In this document: one piece after another, positions 54,299 to 64,000 of the stretch | Layout: each line of letters opens with the position of its first letter | Numbering within the stretch: the stretch's first letter is position 1 | Source of the DNA: Proteromonas lacertae | Taxonomy: Eukaryota | Assembly (NCBI GenBank): GCA_002245135.1 | Contig: NGBS01000001.1 | Span: forward strand, 310,001 to 374,000 | DNA length: 64,000 nt | Direction: 5' to 3' | The notes under the pieces: model-generated | Seen by the model: only the letters and a program-made list of their open reading frames with translations | What the model was told of the DNA's origin: nothing | Databases searched by the model: none | Made by a program: the position numbers and the translations under genes

Positions 54299-55493
54299 TC
54301 ACTTAACATGCAATGTGCTATACGCCCAATCCACTAACATTCTTGTATCAATGAATCTCATATTCTGATCAACTGAACCAAGAGTAATTATGGATAAAGT
54401 CAGTCTATTTCTCTCTACTATAGACCACAAATTACCATGTATTCCTGGTCCATTAGGATTTGGCACCCATCCCGTTTTACCAGCTAAAAATCCATCAGTT
54501 CCAATCAATATATGAGTATTATGCCAATTAATAGATCTACATCGTGATTTACCTTGAATTACACATGTATAACTAAAATAATTAATAAATATAAACAATA
54601 TATACTTTTTAGTACTAATAATTGTATTAAACAAAGGGAATAATTGACAATGCAATCCCAATCTCATCAAATCACTAGCTGTTGATAGATTATTCTCACT
54701 TCTCATTCCATGTGGATTTACATAGTGTGTATTTCTCATATTTAATCTTTTAGCATGTTTATTCATCTTCTTAATAAATGCATTATATCCTTCTAATTCT
54801 GATACTTCATATTCATCATTGTTATTATCTTTATATCTTTTTTCTATTAACATTTTTTGTCCAACATGTTCAGCTAAGGCTATTGCTGCGTCATTTCCTG
54901 ATGGTAACATCATTGCATATAATAAATCAAATACAGATAATACATCTTCGTATTGCAAATGTGCATGTGTACCATTTTTACAATCAGCAGATCTTTTGGA
55001 GACTTTTACATAATCATTTGACATTTCATCTTCGTCTGAATTATAAGCTCTAATTACTGTGTATAATGTCATCATTTTAGTCAATGAGGCTGGTTGAACT
55101 TCCTTCTTTGAATCATATTCAAATAGTATATCACCTGAATCGTTTTCTGCTATAATCCAATGATGACAACTTACTGGTGGAGGTACATACATAGAATATG
55201 AACCGCTTGGTATGGTATGTGATAAGGGTATCTAAAGAATAACAACAATATATGTACATTATCTCCGTCATAATTAATCAATATAATTGGACCTTTTACT
55301 GTATATAATTCAAATAAACTCATGATTCTTTTTGTTAAATCGACAGAAGTTCGAATTTCACTCCTAATGGAATAGAATGACAAAAATACCTTAGCATGGA
55401 CAAATATCGGACCTTACCTTGGTATTTAATCGCTAAATTTAATGTTTTCTTATCATAAAGCATATATGTTCCTCCATAAACTAGCATAGACAT
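54299..55493 (-). CDS. Peptidase S11 (D-alanyl-D-alanine carboxypeptidase-like) with small N-terminal domain
   Basis: PASLTKMMT (SxxK), PSGNDAA (SxN), NPHGM, GKTG (KTG); three GT-AG introns, including a stop-free 33-nt one at 54573-54605. Confidence 0.88.
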
Positions 55494-55625
55494 TCTAAAA
55501 TATTAATTTCAAAAAATAAACCTGTTTATAACGCATATATTTTTGTTATTGTTTTTATAACAGAACAACAAATACACAAAGTTTTATATATATAATAAAT
55601 AAAATATATAAACATACTAAAATCA

Positions 55626-56346
55626 CTAATTTTCTTGTTTTACTTCACCTATTATTTGAGGAACTCTATCAATACTAGGTTGATTTTCATCTCTAACAAC
55701 TAAATTAGTAATTACTTCATCATGTAAACTTTCCATCGCTTGGGAAGATTTACGTTTTTGTTGTTTCTGTGGTTCGGGTTTTAATCCTTTTGACATTACA
55801 GAATTTCTAAAAGCTCTTTTCTTCACAGATAATGGATCTAATTCATCAGGATCATTATTTTTATGGAAAGAATCTTTCCTAGTCACTACTTTAAGGAATT
55901 GAGCATCTTGCATTTGTGCTGTTGACATTCTAGGTTCATGATGTTGTTGAAGACTCAGTTTTGAATTTGGATTTAATTGTGAACTAGCTCTAACAGCTCT
56001 AAAACCACTCGATCCACCGTAAGGACCTAGTTTATACCCACTACCTCCATTATTACCAACACAATGTTCACCATGCGGTGTTAGTGCATATGGTCCTAAT
56101 TCATTAGAATCGTGTCTTAAATTGTTGATTTGAGGTATAAGCATAGGAGATGCTACTTTATCTTTTGTTTCAGAATCTCTTTGTATATCCTTCTTCTCCT
56201 CATTCTTCTTCTCCTTCTCCTTCTTTTCTTCCTTGCCATCTTGTTTTGCATCATCAGGATCTGGTGCAACCTGATACTTTGAAGCACGACCTACAATAAT
56301 ATAAAATATGATGTGTACTTTTATGCCTAAAACAACTGAAACACAT
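55626..56346 (-). CDS. Uncharacterised low-complexity protein
   Basis: MCFSCFRHK first exon plus one intron into ORF 55626-56144. Confidence 0.5.
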
Positions 56347-56496
56347 TTATATTATATATATTAACTATAAATAAGAGATTTTAAATGATATATTTTTTAA
56401 AAACGAAAGTCTGACAAAACAGAATCAAACTATTTGTTTTATTTTATTCAATAATAATATATGAGGTATGTAATTAGATCTAATATTCCTGTTTAT

Positions 56497-58520
56497 TTAA
56501 TATTCAGGAAGTTGTCCAACTTGTTTACTTACGATCTCTTCCCTTTGAAGCTGTCTTCTAAATCTTTGTAATTGTCTTCTTAGTGCCATGTTCATGTTTA
56601 TCTTCTTGTCTAAAATTTGTTCTAATCTTTCTGCATATGCATCAATATCATAATCTACTACATCATCACCTTGAATTTTGGCTAAAATCTGTCCTTCTTC
56701 AGTCAACAACTCTGCACTTTCTTGAATACTTCTCATATGACTCTGTAACAATTTTTCTTCTTCAGCGATTAACAATTGAACAGCAGTATGTACATTCATG
56801 GCTTCTGTTGCTTCCTTACTATTACGTTGTAATGAATGACACAATATCTCAATATCTTTAATATCTTCTTCTTCATTACTATCAGGTGAATCATCATCAT
56901 CTTTAGATTCAATATGTGGTTCTTTACTTGGATATAAATGTGGAATTGGATCTAATTTCTCTTCTCTAGCATAATTAGAAGGTGGTGGGATTCTACTACC
57001 ATTATTTCTACCACCAGCACCTGCACCACCACTTGGTCTATCATCATAACCACCACCACCACCTCGATTGTTGTTATTATTATAATTATTATTATCTAAA
57101 TGATCTTCAACATGACCATCTTCTACTAATGGCATATCCATAGCTTCACTAACATCTTTCTGTTTAATTCTATCAGCATATCTCAATGTATTCAATGTAT
57201 GATCAGCAGAACTAGCAGTAGGTGAAACAGTACAAATCATTACAGCTCTTGCTTTACCTTCAAATGTATCTCTCAATACTTGGGTTAATTTACTAGCACG
57301 ATAAGGGATATGAACATTAGAACCACCACTATCTAACGCTCTAATACATTCTTTCAGAGCTAATAAACTCTTATTAATTTCAGCACCTTCTATTCTCTTC
57401 TGTCGATTGTGATTCTTTGTTTCTGAAGCTCTTTCACTACCAGCTAAATCAATTAATGCCAACTTACCATAACTTCTATCATAAGCATCTTTAATTGTAA
57501 CGAAACAGATTGCATGCGATCTACTACTCTGATCGTGTACTTCTGTAGCGGATGTTGTTCTGATTCTAGTAGCATGATCCATTAAACTCAATAAATCCTC
57601 AACTGTATTAGCTTCTACTTCTAATAATCCTGGTATTTGTATTTTATGTTTGCCATCTTCCATTAAACTGACTCTCTTTCTTTTGTTTAATAAATCTAAT
57701 AATCTTCCACCGTAAATTTCAAAATAACTGATTGTTACTTTCTTATCACTATTTTAATATATATTATATTATACCTAAATTCTGGACTTTTCATATAACT
57801 GAACAAATCTTTAGCAGCCATTTGTTGTATTGTTGACATTGTATAGGTTTTACCCGAACCTGTTTGACCATAGGCAAAGCATGTTGCACATCCGTTGGTA
57901 GTCATAACGAAATCTACTAGTGGTTTGGCTGTATATTTATATACAACATCTGTTTCTACACTATCACTGAAAGCATGATCAAAAGCGAATTGATGATTTA
58001 CTAAATATTTGGTTATACCATCTACTTTTAATTTACATTCATGTACTATGACTTCTGGATTGTAAACTGAAACTGCATCGTAATCTTCGTGAGATATTTC
58101 TTTTGGATTGATCGGACGTTTACGAATCTATGCATTGAGATAGAATATAATTGTTATATACACATATAGTGATTTTATAAGCTCCTGGTTTCTGATGCTG
58201 TCTTTCTGCACTTCCTCTTTTTACGCGATAATCATTGATCATTCTACAAAAATCTAAATCTCCAACCCTCCCTTTAGCCTTTTGTTCCTCCACTTCTGCA
58301 ATTTCTAACAACATAAACATACTTTATATACTATTTTTCTTTGCTTCTTCTTGATTTAATCGTCTCTGCTCACGCTGTTGTCTTAGACGCTCTACGGCCT
58401 CTACTGTCGGATCAACTTTCTAGATTACCTCTAAAAGCAATTATATACCTTTTTGTTATTGTTTGGTGGAGGCCCACTTGGTTTAGGTGGGTTTGGTTTA
58501 TTTGCTGAAGCGAGTGGCAT
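56497..58520 (-). CDS. Kinesin-13 family microtubule depolymerase
   Basis: KLKVDGITKY, CFAYGQTGSGKTYTM, SSRSHA, LIDLAGSER, EGAEINKSLLALKECIRAL, HTLNTLRYADR. Confidence 0.92.
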
Positions 58521-58583
58521 TTTATAAATACCAACAGATTTATTTAAATATTTGAATTAGGCTTGATTCTCAAGTGTTTCAAA

Positions 58584-60747
58584 ATGAATTTGAACAAAAA
58601 AATTATCACTTTTCTCGACGAAAAGCCAGAGAATACCAAACAAAATGTGAAACATGAAAATGTATGGTCATTTTAATTCTCATTATTAATAGTTAGATGT
58701 AATTAGAAAAGAATTACCTGTTTATCAGTATAGAACTGAAATTGTAACATCATTAAAACATGGAAGAGTACTTATTATCGTTGGTGAAACTGGTAGTGGA
58801 AAGACAACACAAATTCCTCAATATTTATATGAATCTAAATGCAACGGGTATTATTTCAATTATTTAGTTTATTAGAAATCATCAAATAGGAATTACACAA
58901 CCAAGAAGAGTTGCAGCAATAACAGTAGCAAAAAGAGTGTGTGATGAAATGAAATGCAAACTAGGAAGTACTGTCGGTTATTCAGTACGTTTTGATGATA
59001 CATGTACAAACAAAACAAAACTCAAGTTTGTAACTGATGGTATGCTAATGAGAGAAGCTATGTTAGATCCATTATTATCAAAATACTCAATCATTATAAT
59101 CGATGAAGCACATGAAAGAACACTTCAAACAGATATACTATTAGGAATATTGAAACAATTATTAAAGAAAAGATTAGAATTAAAAGTAATAATAATGTCT
59201 GCAACTTTACAAAGTGAATTATTTCGTTCATTTTTTGAAGATTTTAATCCGAAAATCTTAAACATCAAAGGAAGAACATTTCCAGTGGATGTGTATTATA
59301 CTTATCAACCTGAACCTGATTATTTAGAAGCTACACTCTCTACTATTTACCAATTACATACAGATTGTCCACCTGGTGATATCTTAGTGTTTTTAACTGG
59401 TCAAGAAGAGATTCAATCATTATATAATATATTAGAAAAAAGACAAACATTAAAATCAAAATGTGGTTTAGAAATGATGCCTTTGATGATATTTGCTGCT
59501 TTACCACAAGATCAACAGTTATTAATATTTAATCCACCTCCTGAAGGTAAAAGGAAGATTATTCTATCAACCAATATATCAGAAAGCTCAATTACTATTA
59601 ATGGAATTAGATATGTGATTGATCCTGGATTTGTTAAAGTATATATATAAATAAAATACTTATTGTTTATATTATCAATAGATTAGAGGCTTTCATAGTC
59701 AAACAGGTGTTGATTGTTTGTTAGTATTACCTGTCTCAAAAGCTCAAGCTTGGCAACGAGCTGGAAGAGCTGGAAGAGAAGCACCAGGACAATGTTATAG
59801 ATTATTCACAGAAGAATCATTTTTAGAATTGCGAGATAATCCATTACCTGAAATAAAGAGATGTAATATGTGTACTGTTATATTACAATTAAAAACAATG
59901 AAAATTTCAAACATATTTGAATTTCCATTTATTGAACCACCATCTAAAGACACTTTGACTAAATCATTTGAGATATTATATTTATTATTAGCATTAGATT
60001 CAAAAGGAGAAATCACTGAATTGGGTAAAAGAATCGCATATTTCCCATTAGATCCAATTTATAGTAACATGTTAATAAAATCTGTAGATTTTCACTGTTT
60101 AGAAGATATTTTGGATTTAATATCATTATTATCAGTTGATACTATTTTTTATACACCCAAAGGTAAAGAGCAACAAGTAATGAATGCGAGAAAACAGTTT
60201 TATGCTGCAGAAGGTGATCATATTACTTTACTAAATGTTTATAAGAATTACAAAGCTGTAAAAGGTGATAAAGAATGGTGTAAAAATCATTTTATTAATA
60301 TCAGAGCGATGTATACAGCTGATAAAATCAGGCAACAACTTGTAGAATATTGTGAAAGTCAGAAATATACTTTTGAAACATGTAATGGGAATATTGAAAT
60401 AATATTAAAATGTTTAACATCAGCTGGTTATTTGAAGTTAGCTCAAAAAGTTGATTCTACAGCTGGTAAGAATGTAATTGGATCAAGATGTCAATATCGT
60501 ACATTACATAGACATCAATTAGCATCTATTCATCCCACTAGTACTTTATTTGGAGTTAATCCACAACCAGATTATGTAATTTACAATATATCTTTTTTTC
60601 TACAATTCTATTTATTTATATGCTTTAATCGTTGATTTTTTTTACGAATTAGTATTTACTTCAAAGAATTATCTTCGTTGTGTTTCTTCAATCTCTAAAG
60701 AGTGGATTGTTGATTTAACTCCACCAATTTTCCAAAATTTGAAATAG
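58584..60747 (+). CDS. DHX33: DEAH-box RNA helicase, DHX33-like
   Basis: GETGSGKTTQ, TQPRRVAA, DEAHER, MSAT, SKAQAWQRAGRAGRE; last exon reached through an AT-AC intron. Confidence 0.8.
60588..60645 (+). other. U12-type intron, AT-AC, 58 nt
   Basis: ATATCTTTTTTT...GCTTTAAT..TTTTAC; removal restores the conserved YVIYN|ELVFTSKNYLRCVS. Confidence 0.92.
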
Positions 60748-60871
60748 AATATCTCTATTTTTGTTGTTATTTATATATTTTTATTGATTTTGTTATGAAT
60801 GTAGATTTTTGTTAATTTTAAAAAATAGAGTAGTTACACTTTCATCAAAATTTTTATTTTTTTTTGAAGTT

Positions 60872-63800
60872 ATGAGAATTTGGCTTTATGCGGTTTCCGT
60901 TGTTATATTACTACTTGGTATGTGTATTGCAGACATGAAAGACAATGTCGTTTTAAAAGAACAACTCTGTCCATCAAAATCAATGGTATAATATGAAAGT
61001 TATAGCATAACATAGGGTGCAGAGAATACATTATTTTCTGCAATGAACGAAGGTATAGCGAATGATCAGTGCCTTAATGATCTTGAGAATAATATTTTCT
61101 ATCAAAGCATAGTATTTGATAAAAATCTACCTGGATTTATGGATATTATAAGTAATGTCATAGATAATAAAAGTGCTTTTCCGATGAAACAAGCAATGGT
61201 ATAAAGATTACTTCTATTGTCATAGAGTTTTGTGTCAGTAGCTATTGCTATGATAATAATTTTAGTTCTAACTTTGATTATTATTCCAATAATATGGTGT
61301 TGTAGTTGTTGCTGTTTAAAAGGAGGTGAAAATGAATCATCTCAAACTGATTTTAAATCCAATTCACAAGTGAATAGTACAATTGAATTACCAACTGTTG
61401 CTACACAAGATGACAGTAATTATGTAGGTGATGGAAATGAGAGTAGAACTCCAGCATTTACAAAGAGAGGAAAAGGTAAAAATAATAACAAAAAAAGTGG
61501 TGAAAGTATTGATGATGATTGTTGTGCTTGGTGTTGCTGTTGTTGTGGAAGGATATGTGGTATTATATGTGGATTTATGGGATTAATATTATCTATTATT
61601 TCACTCTTTTTTGCCATATTTGCTTGTGCAAATGTATATATTATGAATATTTATCAATTAGGGAGCTTTTAGTGGATTTCCAGATAAAATTGGTGAAGTA
61701 ACTGAAGTATTTGATAGTGCTTCAGATTGGGCAAGAAATACCCTTCAAATAGTGAAAGGTCCAATTGTAGATGATCTTATATTAAAAGATGGAATAAAGA
61801 CAATTGATAAGTTTCAAAATATATGTATAATATTCTTTAAAGTTTTATTTTATATAGTTTTTGATTCACTTAATACTGATTTATTAGTAGATGATTTGAA
61901 GAGTATATTTATTGCTATTGCTATTGTTATATTTATAGCTGTTAATGTAACACTTCATAAACTACCAACAGGTGAAGAATTACGTTATAATGTTGATGGA
62001 ATAAATAAAGCAATGGATATATTTCCCAAGAAAGAAGAGAATGATAAAAACTTTAATGATTTTAGTAATAGTATAAATACACTAACAGGTTCATTGGACA
62101 GTACAATTACAGTGTTTCAAAATACAATAGATAAATCACAGTTAATCAATATAGATGGTTTTAGTAATGATGATGCAAATCAGCTTGATGAATCAGTTAC
62201 TTCAATTTGGTATAGTGATTATGATGGCATTGATAAATTACTTACAACTGCAACAAGTGCTGATTGGAAAACAGTTAAAGATTCAACATCAGTATATAAT
62301 CATCATTTTATTTGTCTATATAGTGTGAAAGTACTGAATGTCAATCATCAATTGAAATAGTAATTAATGATTTAGATGAATTTCGAAAAATGGAAATTAA
62401 AAATATCACTTTAATAACAGATCAATTAATACCCAATATTAATAATTATATTACATCACTTGATGGATTTACTACAGGTGCAGAATCAATCTTTACAAAA
62501 TTGCATAATTCGATTAATAATTTGAAATTATCATCATTTACTGAAAGTGTATAAATAATTAATTATAATTTATTAATAGCTTCACGCAGTGAATACTACA
62601 GTAATAGAATTTGATGTTAATCCATTAACTAATACGGTAGATGTAATAAAGAATGCAACTAATACACTTCCGCCATTAGTGCCATTTGCCAATTTACTGA
62701 ATAATACTTTAGAAGTTGTAGAAGTGGTTAATCTATTAAATAGACAAGTGGATAATATTATGAATATGTCTAAGAATTTGTTAAATGTTTCAACCTTAAT
62801 TGATGCTCTAAATTCTATTGTATTTTTCACTTCTTTTATTATATTGTAAATAGAAAGATGAGACAAACCAAATCACTCAATTAACAGGTTCAATTAAAGA
62901 ATCAAGAGATCAAGTATTGAAGATGGATGAATTTATTCAAAAAGCATCAGATCTCTCTGAAATGAACAAAGCAATTGATACAATTAATAATCAAATAAAT
63001 GAATATAAGAATAATGTTAAAATAATGGATATGATTAAGAATATGGATAATCTTACAACATATTTCAATAATTATATGTTTGAAATTCAAACTGTAAGCG
63101 TTTCCTTTAAAGAGAAACTTCAAACTATTAAAACGTATTATGATGCTAATTCAGGAAATATAAATTTGAATTTTATATCTCAGAAATATGATTCAATTAA
63201 GAATGAAACAGGTGATGCATTATATAATAATTTTAAGAGTTTTAAAGATAAAAATTGTGATAGTGATTGTAAAACAAGAATTGATACATATATTGATCAA
63301 AGTAGCCTAAGTAATGTTGATAATTATAAACAATTAGTTACTCTTATAAAAGATATTAAAAGTGATGAAAAAGTCAAAACACTTGTTTATGATTCTACAA
63401 ACCCTTTTCCATATTCAATTTATAGACAATTAGCTGAAAATGTAAAAACTGAATTACCTAATTATAGTGGTGAATTAAATGAACTTATATCTTTTTTTCT
63501 CACTTTAATACATTTATAATTGTTGTTATTTCTTAATTAATCTTTTACAAGAGTATAAAACAATCAATGAATGATAATGTTCCAAATTTAGATGATATTA
63601 AAACTCCATTAAATGAAGCATCAGATACAATAACTGATTTAAAACCAACCATAGATAATGTAGCTAAAGAATTAGATAATTATGATTTATATACTGGATA
63701 TGTATATTATTGTTTATTAATTAATAGATTAATGATTTGTCTCCAATATATCCAGAAGGATTTTTAGACACTGATAAGTATGATAAGAATAAAAGTATTG

Positions 63801-64000
63801 ATATAAATGTATTATATATCTCTATAGTGTCTGGAAGAATACAAAATATGATTTGGAATCCAATTGTTCCAAAGATATCATCTTTAAATAGTCTCACTTA
63901 CCTTGTTGAAGATTTTGTTGGTCTTCATAACAAGTTTCAGAGTTATATCACTAAGTTTGGTGATATTAATGCTAAAGATAAAGTATTGGAAAAAACAATA
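60872..64000 (+). CDS. Large signal-peptide membrane protein with Cys-rich juxtamembrane segments and long helical ectodomain (prominin-like topology; runs off window)
   Basis: MRIWLYAVSVVILLLGMCIA, TM-WCCSCCC, CCAWCCCCCG-TM, many short introns. Confidence 0.6.
63487..63548 (+). other. U12-type intron, AT-AC, 62 nt
   Basis: ATATCTTTTTTT...TTTCTTAAT-TAATCTTTTAC; joins ORF 62917 to ORF 63567 in frame (ELNEL|KSIKQSMND). Confidence 0.88.

Noticed and set aside
54299..55192. Bacterial contamination or prophage
   Set aside because: The gene has spliceosomal introns and host-like composition, and is contiguous with eukaryotic genes.
1..64000. Alternative genetic code (TAA/TAG reassigned) to explain the fragmented ORFs
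   Set aside because: Nearly all stops fall inside short introns or follow frame breaks; long conserved exons are stop-free, and genes end in TAA, TAG or TGA.
1..64000. Stop codons created by polyadenylation, as in Blastocystis
   Set aside because: Every gene I could trace to its end has a genomic stop codon.

Overview
Eukaryotic, very AT-rich (about 25% GC by eye), gene-dense protist DNA read with the standard code. It holds about 35 protein-coding genes or pseudogenes, split by roughly 150 tiny GT-AG introns (rough manual count, mostly about 23-40 nt); divergent gene pairs lie only about 60-120 bp apart. The architecture and the mitochondrial-type genes (LETM1, BCKDH E1-alpha) fit a Blastocystis-like stramenopile, but this is inference only. 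Recognisable genes include two LETM1-like paralogs, a calpain-7-like protease, RRP6, SAC1, SLD5, a cation/Ca2+ exchanger, PACRG, H2A.Z, ALG1, CCT4, a FEX fluoride exporter, a P2X-like channel, BCKDHA, kinesin-13, DHX33 and a peptidase-S11 (D-Ala-D-Ala carboxypeptidase-like) gene, plus a decaying pseudokinase-LRR family. The main signal is a second intron class: five well-supported and one probable minor-spliceosome (U12-type) introns of 51-62 nt. All start ATATC(C/T/A)TTT and carry a CTTAA/TTTAA-type branch box, with AT-AC, AT-AG and apparently AT-AA ends. About 12 frame breaks all resolve as extra bases, which is most likely assembly error, although stop-associated +1 frameshifting is testable. 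I recognised no tRNA, rRNA, CRISPR array or transposon.
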